From: Reyranella sp.
GTDB taxonomy: Bacteria > Pseudomonadota > Alphaproteobacteria > Reyranellales > Reyranellaceae
Assembly (NCBI RefSeq): GCF_965279625.1
Contig: NZ_OZ257251.1
Coordinates: 2,282,061 to 2,346,060, forward strand
Reading direction: 5' to 3'
DNA: 64,000 nucleotides
In this document: positions 9,060 through 18,204 of the stretch, piece after piece
How positions within the stretch are numbered: position 1 is the first letter of the stretch
How the letters are laid out: each line of letters starts with the position of its first letter
Notes under the pieces: model-generated
Databases searched by the model: none
What the model saw: only the letters and a program-made list of their open reading frames with translations
Told to the model about the DNA's origin: nothing
Position numbers and translations under genes: made by a program

Positions 9060-10040
9060 ATGCCGCGCGCCGAAGTGCACAAGTTGATGGAGCGCATGGC
9101 GATCCCCGCCATCGCCGCCCCGATGTTCCTGGTTTCCAATCCCGCTCTGACGCTGGCGTGCTGCGGCGAGGGTCTGATGGGCAGCTTCCCCGCCCATGGC
9201 ACGCGCAGCCGCGAGGAGTTCCAGGCCTGGCTCGACGAGATGGTCGAGGGCATGAAGCGGCTGGAGGATGCCGGCAAGAAGCCGGCGCCCTGGGCCGTGA
9301 ACCTCGTCGTCCATGCCTCGAACCCGCGCTACCAGGGCGACCTCGAACTGGTCGAGAAGTACAAGGTGCCCGTGGTGCTCACCTCGAAGGGCGCGCCGGG
9401 CGATGCCATCAAACGCATCCATGGCTGGGGCGCCGTCGCCCTGCACGACATCGCCAACCGGCGTCATGCCGAAAAGGCGCTGGAAGCCGGCGTCGATGGC
9501 GTGATCGCGGTCGCGGGCGGCGCCGGCGGCCATACCGGCACGATCAATCCCTTTGCGCTGATGAACGAAGTGCGCCAGCTCGGGGACAGCTTCGCCGTCG
9601 TGCTGGCCGGCGGCCAGACGACCGGCCGCGACGTGCTGGCGGCCGAGGCGATGGGCGCCGACCTCGCCTATATTGGCACGCGCTTCATCGCCACCCAGGA
9701 GGCGATGGCCGCACAGGCGCACAAGGACATGATCCTCGCCACACGTGCCACGGACGTGTTCCTCACCGCCTCGGTCGACGGTGCCCCGGCAAACTGGCTG
9801 ACACCGAGCCTGCTCGCGGCCGGCATCGACCTCGACGTGCTACGCACGACCCTGCCCGGCAAGATCGTCGGCGCCCAGGAGAACAAGAAGCGCTGGAAGG
9901 ACATCTACACGGCCGGCCACGGCGTCGGGAACATCGACGACGTGCCGACTGCGGCGGATCTCGTCCGGCGCCTCGTCAGCCAATACCGCGAGGCGAAGTC
10001 TGAAATGGCACGCGCTCTCACCGGCCGCGCCGCAGCGTAG
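9060..10040 (+). CDS. Nitronate monooxygenase / 2-nitropropane dioxygenase family flavoprotein
   Basis: IAAPMFLVS, GAGGHTG and GADLAYIGTRFIAT motifs. Confidence 0.9.
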   Translation: MPRAEVHKLMERMAIPAIAAPMFLVSNPALTLACCGEGLMGSFPAHGTRSREEFQAWLDEMVEGMKRLEDAGKKPAPWAVNLVVHASNPRYQGDLELVEKYKVPVVLTSKGAPGDAIKRIHGWGAVALHDIANRRHAEKALEAGVDGVIAVAGGAGGHTGTINPFALMNEVRQLGDSFAVVLAGGQTTGRDVLAAEAMGADLAYIGTRFIATQEAMAAQAHKDMILATRATDVFLTASVDGAPANWLTPSLLAAGIDLDVLRTTLPGKIVGAQENKKRWKDIYTAGHGVGNIDDVPTAADLVRRLVSQYREAKSEMARALTGRAAA

Positions 10041-10097
10041 ACGATGGGCGCCCCCCTGCTCTAGGTTTCGGCTCCAGAGTTTCGAGGGGGTATCCGC

Positions 10098-11210
10098 GTG
10101 AAGACAAAGGCAGCCGTCTGTTTCGAGGCCGGCAAGAACCTCGAGATCGAGACCGTCGATCTCGAAGGGCCGAAGTTCGGCGAGGTCCTGGTCGAGATCA
10201 AGGCGTCGGGGGTCTGCCACACCGACGAGTTCACACGCTCCGGCGGCGATCCCGAGGGCCTGTTCCCGGTGATCTTCGGCCATGAGGGCGCGGGTGTCGT
10301 GGTCGATGTCGGACCGGGCATCGTGTCGCTGAAGAAGGGCGACCACGTGATCCCGCTCTACACGCCGGAATGCCGCCAGTGCAAATCCTGCGTGTCGGGC
10401 AAGACCAACCTCTGCACATCGATCCGCGCCACCCAGGGCCAGGGCGTGATGCCCGATGGCACCTCGCGATTCTCGATCAAGGGCAAGAAGATCCATCACT
10501 ACATGGGCTGCTCGACCTTCTCGAACTACACGGTGCTGCCGGAGATCGCGCTGGCGAAGATTCGCCCCGACGCACCGTTCGACAAGGTCTGCTACATCGG
10601 CTGTGGTGTCACGACCGGCATCGGCGCCGTCATCAACACCGCCAAGGTCGAGGCCGGCGCCAATGTCGTGGTGTTCGGTCTCGGCGGCATCGGCCTCAAC
10701 GTGCTGCAGGGCGCGCGCATGGTCGGCGCCAACATGATCGTCGGCGTAGATCTCAACCCGGCCCGCGAGGCGCTCGGTCGCCAGTTCGGCATGACGCACT
10801 TCGTCAATCCGAAGGACCTCGGCGACAAGGACCTGGTCGCGCATCTGGTCGAGCTGACCGACGGCGGCGCGGATTACAGTTTCGAATGCGTCGGCAGCAC
10901 CAAGCTGATGCGCCAGGCGCTGGAATGCTGTCATCGCGGCTGGGGCAAGTCGGTCATCATCGGTGTCGCCGGCGCCGGCCAGGAGATCGCCACGCGCCCG
11001 TTCCAGCTCGTCACCGGCCGCACCTGGATGGGCACCGCCTTCGGTGGCGCCAAGGGCCGCCGAGACGTGCCGAAGATCGTCGACTGGTACATGGACGGGA
11101 AGATCGACATCGATTCGCTGATCACCCACACGATGCCGGTCGAGAAGATCAACGACGCGTTCGACCTGATGCACAAGGGCGAGTCGATCCGCAGCGTCGT
11201 CACGTTCTGA
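10098..11210 (+). CDS. frmA: S-(hydroxymethyl)glutathione dehydrogenase / class III alcohol dehydrogenase
   Basis: GVCHTD, GHEGAG, structural-Zn CRQCKSC...NLC, HYMGCSTFS and GRTWMGTAFGG motifs. Confidence 0.95.
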   Translation: MKTKAAVCFEAGKNLEIETVDLEGPKFGEVLVEIKASGVCHTDEFTRSGGDPEGLFPVIFGHEGAGVVVDVGPGIVSLKKGDHVIPLYTPECRQCKSCVSGKTNLCTSIRATQGQGVMPDGTSRFSIKGKKIHHYMGCSTFSNYTVLPEIALAKIRPDAPFDKVCYIGCGVTTGIGAVINTAKVEAGANVVVFGLGGIGLNVLQGARMVGANMIVGVDLNPAREALGRQFGMTHFVNPKDLGDKDLVAHLVELTDGGADYSFECVGSTKLMRQALECCHRGWGKSVIIGVAGAGQEIATRPFQLVTGRTWMGTAFGGAKGRRDVPKIVDWYMDGKIDIDSLITHTMPVEKINDAFDLMHKGESIRSVVTF

Positions 11211-11250
11211 TCGTTCCCTTCCAGCTGCGCATTCCGGAGGAAGCCACGCC

Positions 11251-12129
11251 ATGACCGTGCGAAAGCTGGGCGGAGCCACCATCGAGAAGGTCGAGGAAAT
11301 CTGCGGTCCGGGTTTCAAGCCCGGCCGCATGTTTCCCCGGTTCGACCAGGAGGCCTTCGACGCCCAGAAGGGCTGGATGGTGCCGGAGCACGTGCAGGAG
11401 GGCAGCGACCGGCTGATCGGCTCGGTCCACACCTGGATCGTGAAAACGCCCCGGCACACGATCCTGATCGACACCTGTCTCGGCAATCACAAGCAGCGCC
11501 ACAATGCCGGCTGGAACAACCTCGACACGCCGTTCCTCAACCGGCTCGAGGCCTGTGGCTGCCCCGCGGAGTCCGTCGACTTCGTGATGTGCACCCATCT
11601 GCACGTCGACCATGTCGGCTGGAACACCAAGCTTGAGAACGGCCGCTGGGTGCCGACCTTCCCCAATGCGAAATACCTGTTCGCCAAGCGCGAGTACGCG
11701 CACTGGGAGAGCGAGCGAAAGGCGCAGGGCGAAGGCAAGGTGAACGACGGCTCGTTCGACGATTCGGTGCTGCCGATCGTCGAGGCCGGCAGGGCGGTGA
11801 TGATCGAGAGCGACCACCAGCCCGATCCGCTCCTCACCATAAAAGACTATCCCGGGCACACGCCGGGTTCGGTCGCGATCAACCTGAAAGATCAGGGAAA
11901 GCAGGCCTGCTTCTCGGGCGACATCATGCATCACCCGATTCAGGTCTATCACCCCGACTGGTCGAGCCAGTTCTGCTGGGACCAGGCGATGTCGGCCATC
12001 TCGCGCCGCAAGCTTCTCGAGGACTGCGTCGAGAGCAATGCCCTCCTCTGCCCCGCACACTTTCCCGGCGCCAATGCGGGCTACGTCAAGCCCGAAGGCA
12101 ACTCCTTCCGTATCGAGTGGGATCGATGA
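11251..12129 (+). CDS. MBL-fold metallo-hydrolase (lactonase/YtnP-like)
   Basis: THLHVDHVGWN, PTFPNAKY, PGHTPG and GDIMH motifs. Confidence 0.85.
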   Translation: MTVRKLGGATIEKVEEICGPGFKPGRMFPRFDQEAFDAQKGWMVPEHVQEGSDRLIGSVHTWIVKTPRHTILIDTCLGNHKQRHNAGWNNLDTPFLNRLEACGCPAESVDFVMCTHLHVDHVGWNTKLENGRWVPTFPNAKYLFAKREYAHWESERKAQGEGKVNDGSFDDSVLPIVEAGRAVMIESDHQPDPLLTIKDYPGHTPGSVAINLKDQGKQACFSGDIMHHPIQVYHPDWSSQFCWDQAMSAISRRKLLEDCVESNALLCPAHFPGANAGYVKPEGNSFRIEWDR

Positions 12130-12140
12130 CCCGACGCTTG

Positions 12141-12219
12141 GCTGGGGGCGCGCCACTCCAGTGGCGCGATCATCTCGGGAACCAGCAAAGACGCGCGACT
12201 GGAGTGGCGCGCCCCCAGC
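12141..12219. repeat. REP/REPIN-like element, family A copy 2
   Basis: GCTGGGGGCGCGCCACTCCAGTGGCGCG (12141-12168) with inverted arm 12192-12219 (one mismatch); near-identical to 5334-5411. Confidence 0.9.
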
Positions 12220-12229
12220 AGGACGCATC

Positions 12230-13069
12230 ATGAAGCTCGAACCGCTGCTCACCGGCCTCACCTTCGGCGAAGGTCCGCGCTGGCACGACGACCGGCTCTA
12301 TTTCTCCGACTTCTATGTCCACCAGGTGCGGACCGTCGACGAGAGCGGCAAGACCGAGACGATCGTCGAAGTGCCCGGACAGCCCTCCGGGCTGGGCTGG
12401 CGTCCCGACGGCACGATGCTGATCGTCAGCATGACCGACCGCCGGCTGATGCGCTTTGCGGGCGGCAAGCTCGGCGTCGAGGCCGAGTTGGGCGCGATCG
12501 CGACCGGCCTGTGCAACGACATGATCGTCGATGCCAAAGGCCGCGCCTATATCGGCAATTTCGGCTTCGACCGTCACGCCGGCGAGAAGCCGCGTCCCGC
12601 CGTGTTGGCCCGCGTCGATCCCGACGGCTCCGTCCATGCCGCCGCCGACGACTTGATGTTTCCTAACGGCACCGTCATCGCGCCCGACGGCAAGACGATG
12701 ATCATCGGCGAGACCTTCGCCAAGCGGCTCACGGCGTTCGACATCGGCGAGGACGGCACCTTGTCCAACCGGCGCGTCTGGGCCGAGACGCCGACCTGTA
12801 ACCCCGACGGCATATGCCTCGATGCCGAGGGCGGCATCTGGGTCACCGGCGCCTTCACCCATCATATGATCCGCGTGCTCGAAGGCGGCAGGGTCACCCA
12901 CGACCTCGATCTCGGCGAACGCGCGGCCTATGCCTGCATGCTGGGCGGCCGCGACCGCCGCACCCTGTTCGTCGTGACCAACAGCGGCAGCGGACCGGCC
13001 ATCGCCGGGAAGAAGGACGGCCGCATCGAGACGATGCGGGTCGACGTGCCGGGCGCCGGCCTGCCCTAG
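12230..13069 (+). CDS. SMP-30/gluconolactonase/LRE family protein
   Basis: Start moved to ATG 12230 (MKLEPLL). FGEGPRWHD, CND, PNG and PDGICLD motifs. Confidence 0.9.
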   Translation: MKLEPLLTGLTFGEGPRWHDDRLYFSDFYVHQVRTVDESGKTETIVEVPGQPSGLGWRPDGTMLIVSMTDRRLMRFAGGKLGVEAELGAIATGLCNDMIVDAKGRAYIGNFGFDRHAGEKPRPAVLARVDPDGSVHAAADDLMFPNGTVIAPDGKTMIIGETFAKRLTAFDIGEDGTLSNRRVWAETPTCNPDGICLDAEGGIWVTGAFTHHMIRVLEGGRVTHDLDLGERAAYACMLGGRDRRTLFVVTNSGSGPAIAGKKDGRIETMRVDVPGAGLP

Positions 13070-13078
13070 GAGGAATTC

Positions 13079-13900
13079 ATGAAGGGTCCCGAGGACGATG
13101 CCGGTCTGGCCGGCAAGGTGGCGATCATTTCTGGCGGCGGCGCGGCCGGGGACGGTATCGGCAACGGCCGCGCAGCGGCGATCCTGCTGGCTCGCGCCGG
13201 TACCCACGTGCTGGTGGCCGACCGCGACCTCAAGCTCGCGGAGCGCACGGTCGAGATGATCAAGGCCGAGGGGGGCCTGCATGCCGCGGCCCATGCCGGC
13301 GACATGACGCAGGAGGCCGAGTGCAAGCGGCTGGTCGACGCCGCCGTCGACCGATGGGGCCGGCTCGATTTCCTCGACAACAATATCGGCATCGGCAGCC
13401 GTGGCTCGGTCGTCGAGGAAAAGCCCGAGGACTATCGCCGCGTGATGCAGGTGAACGTCGAGACGATGTTCCTGCTCTCCAAGCATGCGATCCCGGCGAT
13501 GATCAAGACGGCCAAGGGCGGCGCGATCGTGAACATCTCGTCGATCTCCGCGCTGCGGCCGCGCGGCCTCACGACCTACACGACCTCGAAGGCCGCCGTG
13601 ATCGGCCTCAGCCAGGCGATGGCGGTCGACCACGGCCGCGACAATATCCGCGTGAACTGCATCTGCCCCGGCCCGGTCTACACACCGATGGTCTATGCCC
13701 GCGGCAACGGCATGAGCGAGGCCGCGCGCGCCCAGCGCGCCAGGGCCTCCGTCCTCAAGACCGAGGGCACGGGCTGGGACGTCGGGCACGCCGTGCGCTT
13801 CCTGCTGAGCAATCATGCCCGCTACATCACCGGCCAGGTCCTCGTCGTCGACGGCGGTGTGACCCTGCAGGGGCCGGAACGCGATTCACAAGATCACTGA
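13079..13900 (+). CDS. Short-chain dehydrogenase/reductase
   Basis: SGGGAAGDGIG cofactor loop, NNIG, NISS, YTTSK. Confidence 0.9.
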   Translation: MKGPEDDAGLAGKVAIISGGGAAGDGIGNGRAAAILLARAGTHVLVADRDLKLAERTVEMIKAEGGLHAAAHAGDMTQEAECKRLVDAAVDRWGRLDFLDNNIGIGSRGSVVEEKPEDYRRVMQVNVETMFLLSKHAIPAMIKTAKGGAIVNISSISALRPRGLTTYTTSKAAVIGLSQAMAVDHGRDNIRVNCICPGPVYTPMVYARGNGMSEAARAQRARASVLKTEGTGWDVGHAVRFLLSNHARYITGQVLVVDGGVTLQGPERDSQDH

Positions 13901-13932
13901 AGCAACGAACCAGTAAGGGAGAAACAACCAAG

Positions 13933-14487
13933 ATGGCCCGCCTGCCCTATCTCGAGCCCGACCAGGTCGCGCCCGAGTATCGCGACATGCTCAAGCGCAA
14001 CACCAACCTGCACAAGCTTCTGGTCAACTCGCCCGACATGGCGCGGGCCTTCAGCGGGCTGGGCGGCTACATCCGGTTCAAGAGCAAGCTCGATCCCCGG
14101 CTGCGCGAGCTGGCCATCCTGCAGGTCGGCTGGCTGGAGAAGTCGGAATACGAATTCACCCACCATGTGAAGATCGGCAAGGAATTCGGCGTCACCGACG
14201 AGGACATAAAGGGCCTGATCGCCGAGACCGAGGGGAAGCCCTCCCAGCTCGAACCGCTCGCCAAGGTGATCCTAAGAGGCGCGCGCGAGATGGTGAAGGA
14301 CCTCGCGATGTCCGACGCGACCTTTGCGGAGATCAAGAAGGACCTGTCCGACGAGCACATGACCGACCTCGTGCTCACCATCGCCTTCTACTGCGCCGTC
14401 GTCCGCGTGCTCGCCACCATGCAGATCGACAACGAGCCGCAGTACAAGGAAGTACTGAAGCAGTATCCGATCCCGGGAGTGAAGTGA
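13933..14487 (+). CDS. Carboxymuconolactone decarboxylase/AhpD-like family protein
   Basis: Start moved to ATG 13933 (MARLPYL) after AGGGAG. LDPRLRELAIL and YEFTHH motifs. Confidence 0.8.
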   Translation: MARLPYLEPDQVAPEYRDMLKRNTNLHKLLVNSPDMARAFSGLGGYIRFKSKLDPRLRELAILQVGWLEKSEYEFTHHVKIGKEFGVTDEDIKGLIAETEGKPSQLEPLAKVILRGAREMVKDLAMSDATFAEIKKDLSDEHMTDLVLTIAFYCAVVRVLATMQIDNEPQYKEVLKQYPIPGVK

Positions 14488-15287
14488 TGCGCCTGAAAGA
14501 TCGAGTCGCCATCGTCGTCGGCGCCGGCCAAAGCCCGGGCGAAGGCATGGGCAACGGTCGCGCCACCGCCCTCACCTTCGCGCGCGAAGGCGCCAAGGTC
14601 GTCTGCGTGGATCACAATCTCGACTCGGCGAAGGAAACCGTCGAGATGATCGGCGTCAACCAGGGCACCGCGGCCGCCTTCAAGGCCGACGTGACCAGCA
14701 ACGCCGACCTCAAGGCGATGGTCGACGACGCGCACGCCCGCTGGGGCCGCATCGACATCCTGCACAACAATGTCGGCGTCTCGCTGTCCGGCGGCGACGC
14801 GGAGCTGCTCGACATCACCAGCGAGGCCTTCGACCGCTGCGTGGCGATCAACCTGAAGAGCTGCATCTTTGCCGCCAAGTACGTGCTGCCGATCATGCGC
14901 GAGCAGCAGAGCGGCGTGATCATCAACATCTCGTCGATGGCGGTCATCACCACCTATCCCTACGTCGCCTACAAGGCGACCAAGTCGGCGATGGTGTCAT
15001 TCACCGAGCAGCTCGCCTACCAGAACGCGCAATACGGCATCCGCGCCAACGTCATCCTGCCCGGCCTGATGAACACGCCGATGGCTGTCGACACGCGGGC
15101 GCGCACGTTCAACAAGAGCCGCGCCGAGGTCGAGGCCGAGCGCGATTCCAAGGTGCCGCTGCGCAAGAAGATGGGAACCGGCTGGGACGTCGCCAATGCC
15201 GCCCTCTTCCTCGCGTCGGACGAGGCGAGCTTCATCACCGGCGTGACCCTGCCGGTCGATGGCGGCGCCAGCGTGCGGCGCGGCTAG
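14487..15287 (+). CDS. Short-chain dehydrogenase/reductase
   Basis: TGATG overlap with the upstream stop. GAGQ...GNG, NNVG, NISS, YKATK. Confidence 0.9.
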   Translation: MRLKDRVAIVVGAGQSPGEGMGNGRATALTFAREGAKVVCVDHNLDSAKETVEMIGVNQGTAAAFKADVTSNADLKAMVDDAHARWGRIDILHNNVGVSLSGGDAELLDITSEAFDRCVAINLKSCIFAAKYVLPIMREQQSGVIINISSMAVITTYPYVAYKATKSAMVSFTEQLAYQNAQYGIRANVILPGLMNTPMAVDTRARTFNKSRAEVEAERDSKVPLRKKMGTGWDVANAALFLASDEASFITGVTLPVDGGASVRRG

Positions 15288-15314
15288 GGCACGATCCTTG
15301 CGTCGGTTGATGCC

Positions 15315-16073
15315 ATGAACCGACTTGCCGGCAAGACCGCCCTCATCACCGGTGCCTCCTCGGGCATCGGCCGTGCCATTGCCAAGAAGTTCCAGGCGGA
15401 AGGGGCGACCCTCCTGCTGATGGACATCACGGAGACGGTGGTCGAAGGCGGCGAGCCGACACACAGGATCCTGAACGTGCCCTTCTTTCAGGGCGACGTG
15501 TCGAAAGAGGCAGACGTCGAGGAGGCGGTGCGCCGGGCGGCGCTGCCGACAGGCCGGCTCGACATCGTGGTCAACGACGCCGCTATCCGTTCGGCGAAGA
15601 AGCTCACCGACACCAGCCTCGAGGAATGGAACCGGGTGATGGAGGTGAACGTCACCGGCGTGTTCCTGATGTGCCGCGCCGCAGTGCGCCGGATGCTGAC
15701 GCAGGAGATCCGCAACGAGGCGCGCGGGCGCATCGTCAACATCTCCTCGCAGCACGGCATGATCTCCTCGCCCGAGGATTTCTCCTACGGCGTCTCGAAG
15801 TCGGCCGTCGTCTACATCACGCGCCAGATCGCCTCCGACTACGGCCGCGACAGCATCATCTGCAACGCCGTAGCGCCGGGCAAAATCCTGACCGGCAAGA
15901 CCGGCCGTGCGATCGAGCCGCGCTTCATTGACTATTCCCATGCCCGCACGCCGCTGCCGCGCCTCGGACGTTCCGAGGATGTGGCCAATGCGGCCCTTTT
16001 CCTGGCCTCCGACGAAGCGACCTTCATCACCGGCGAGAACTTGATGGTCGACGGCGGCTGGATGGCGAACTGA
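15315..16073 (+). CDS. Short-chain dehydrogenase/reductase
   Basis: TGASSGIG, NISS, YGVSK and DGGWMA motifs. Confidence 0.9.
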   Translation: MNRLAGKTALITGASSGIGRAIAKKFQAEGATLLLMDITETVVEGGEPTHRILNVPFFQGDVSKEADVEEAVRRAALPTGRLDIVVNDAAIRSAKKLTDTSLEEWNRVMEVNVTGVFLMCRAAVRRMLTQEIRNEARGRIVNISSQHGMISSPEDFSYGVSKSAVVYITRQIASDYGRDSIICNAVAPGKILTGKTGRAIEPRFIDYSHARTPLPRLGRSEDVANAALFLASDEATFITGENLMVDGGWMAN

Positions 16074-16938
16074 CCGGCAGCAGGCCGGCGAGCACCTGAA
16101 GGAAGGCGTGCACGAGACGCGCCTTCTGACGTTCCTTGAGATGCACGACATGGGCGTAGGTATAGATCTCGGCATCCGCGATCGGCAGCTTCCGGATGCG
16201 CGGATCGGGGATGAACTCCGCCTCCGACACCACGCCCATGCCGATCCCCTTGGCCACGGCCTCGCGGATCGATTCGCGGCTGCCGATCTCCATCACGACC
16301 TTGGGCCGTACATCGGCCTCCCGCATCGCCTGGTCGAAGGCGCGGCGCGTCGTCGATCCCGCCTCACGCACGATCAGCCGCTGCCCCTCCATGTCGCGCG
16401 CGCGGATGCTGCGGCGCTGCGCGAAAGGATGATCGATGGGACAAAAGGCGATCACCCGGTGGCGGCGATAGGGAATGGCGACCAGCCGCGGATCGGGATC
16501 GACATGGGCCAGGACCGCCACGTCGGTCCGGTAGTCCAGAAGATCGCGTAGCGTGTCGCGCGAATTGCCGACGGTGACCGAGACATAGAGGCCGGGATGG
16601 CGCGCGTTGAAGGCCGCCAGCATGTCGGTGACATGATAGGGACCGACAGCGCCCACGCGCAGGTGACCGGTCTTGAGGCCGCGCGTTTCGTTGAGATAGT
16701 CGGCCGCTTCCTTCTCATCGGCAAAGAGCCGGCGCGTGATGTCGAGAAGTCCGCCGCCGGTCTCGGTGAGTTCGATGCGCCGGCCGCGGCGCACGAACAG
16801 TTCGACGCCGAATTCCTGCTCCAGCGACTTCACCTGCGTGGTGATGGTGGGCTGGCTCACGCCCAGCTCGCGCGCGGCAGCCGTGAAGCTCAACCGCTGC
16901 GCAACCGCGTGGAAGGAGCGGAGCTGCGTATGCCTCAT
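16027..16938 (-). CDS. LysR-family regulator, phosphonate-catabolism associated (PhnR-like)
   Basis: HTH QLRSFHAVA...SFTAAARELGVSQPTITTQVKSLE; divergent from Fe-ADH/phnDCE. Confidence 0.85.
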   Translation of the reverse strand: MRHTQLRSFHAVAQRLSFTAAARELGVSQPTITTQVKSLEQEFGVELFVRRGRRIELTETGGGLLDITRRLFADEKEAADYLNETRGLKTGHLRVGAVGPYHVTDMLAAFNARHPGLYVSVTVGNSRDTLRDLLDYRTDVAVLAHVDPDPRLVAIPYRRHRVIAFCPIDHPFAQRRSIRARDMEGQRLIVREAGSTTRRAFDQAMREADVRPKVVMEIGSRESIREAVAKGIGMGVVSEAEFIPDPRIRKLPIADAEIYTYAHVVHLKERQKARLVHAFLQVLAGLLPVSSPSSRRRPSSSRR

Positions 16939-16954
16939 ATTGATTTTCTCAATG

Positions 16955-16978
16955 CCAATTCAAGAATGTTTGAATTGG
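16955..16978. promoter_or_regulatory. Operator-like palindrome in the divergent LysR/Fe-ADH promoter region
   Basis: Perfect CCAATTCAA-N6-TTGAATTGG in an AT-rich intergenic stretch. Confidence 0.55.
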
Positions 16979-17055
16979 TTAAATGTGAGAGCCGGCCGGA
17001 AGATTGTCAAAAGGACGACAAGTCCAAGCCAATGAGCCAGGGGAGTAACGCGCGG

Positions 17056-18168
17056 ATGTGGCGCTACCGGAATCCGGTCGACGTGAAGTTCGGCGCCGGC
17101 GTCTTCGAGACGCTGGGCAAGGTGCTGGCGGGCCGGCCCTATTGCCTCGTGACCTACGACGACGCCAATGGCGGCGGTGTCTTCGCCGATCTCGCCCGTC
17201 GGGTCGTCGCCCAGGCCGGCGCGCCGGCGGTGACTGTGAGCAACATCGGCCCCAACCCCGATTTCGTGGGACTCACCCAGTCCTGCCGCACCTATGCGAC
17301 GGCCCCACGGCCCGTCGAGGCCATCGTGGCGCTGGGCGGCGGCTCGGTGATGGATGCCGCCAAGGTCCTGGCGGCGGCATCGGGAGACTTCGAGACGGTG
17401 CGGCGCCACCTTGTGAGCGGCAATGACGGCGAGGCGCTGGGCTGCACGCCGATCATCGCCATTCCCACGACGGCGGGCACCGGCAGCGAGGTCACTTCCT
17501 GGGCCACCGTGTGGGACACCGGTGCGATGAAGAAGTACTCGCTGGCGCGCGAGACGCTCTATCCCGAGGTGGCGCTGGTGGACCCGCTGCTGACGCTCGG
17601 CCTGCCGCGCGCCATCACGATCAGCACCGGCCTCGATGCGCTCAGCCACGCGCTGGAGAGCATCTGGAACGTCAATGCCAACCCGGTGTCGGGTTCGCTC
17701 GCCGAGGTCGCCGCACGCGAGGTGATCGAGGCCTTGCCATTGCTGGCCGACGATCTGCGCAACGAGGCGCTGCGCACGCGGCTGGCGCGCGCCAGCCTGT
17801 TCGCCGGTCTCGCCTTCTCCAACACGCGCACCGCGCTCGCCCATTCGCTGTCCTATCACCTCACCCTACACCACGGCGTCCCGCACGGCATCGCCTGCTC
17901 GTTCAGCCTGCCCATGGTGATGCGCGCCGTCGCGGGCTGTGACGCCGCCTGCGATGCCTCGCTGCGGCGCATCTTCGGCAACGACCTGCTGGCGGGTGCC
18001 GCACGTCTCGAAACCTTCCTCAAGAACCTCGGCATCTCGCCCGACGCCACCGCACACGGGATCGCCGCCCGCGACTGGGCGCGCCTCGTCGACGACGCTC
18101 TGGCAGGCGACCGCGGACGCAACTTCATCGGACGCCGGGAGGCGCTGCTGGCCGAAATGGCCGCTTAG
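17056..18168 (+). CDS. Iron-containing alcohol dehydrogenase, phosphonate-metabolism associated clade
   Basis: Start moved to ATG 17056 after GGGAG. GGGSVMD, PTTAGTGSE, DALSHALE, HSLSY and HGIAC motifs. Confidence 0.85.
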   Translation: MWRYRNPVDVKFGAGVFETLGKVLAGRPYCLVTYDDANGGGVFADLARRVVAQAGAPAVTVSNIGPNPDFVGLTQSCRTYATAPRPVEAIVALGGGSVMDAAKVLAAASGDFETVRRHLVSGNDGEALGCTPIIAIPTTAGTGSEVTSWATVWDTGAMKKYSLARETLYPEVALVDPLLTLGLPRAITISTGLDALSHALESIWNVNANPVSGSLAEVAAREVIEALPLLADDLRNEALRTRLARASLFAGLAFSNTRTALAHSLSYHLTLHHGVPHGIACSFSLPMVMRAVAGCDAACDASLRRIFGNDLLAGAARLETFLKNLGISPDATAHGIAARDWARLVDDALAGDRGRNFIGRREALLAEMAA

Positions 18169-18204
18169 TCAGTCAAAGAAAAGAAAACCACGGAGGAAAC
18201 AAAA

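Noticed and set aside
7806-9722. 638-aa minus-strand ORF, and similar long antisense ORFs (12170-13816, 20843-22837, 26631-28499, 51020-53410, 54392-56194, 58880-61000)
   Set aside because: They shadow well-supported genes on the opposite strand, have no family motifs, and are expected in high-GC sequence with strong codon bias.
5334-12219. CRISPR interpretation of the repeated palindromes
   Set aside because: Copies are kilobases apart and inverted, with no regular repeat-spacer array and no cas genes.
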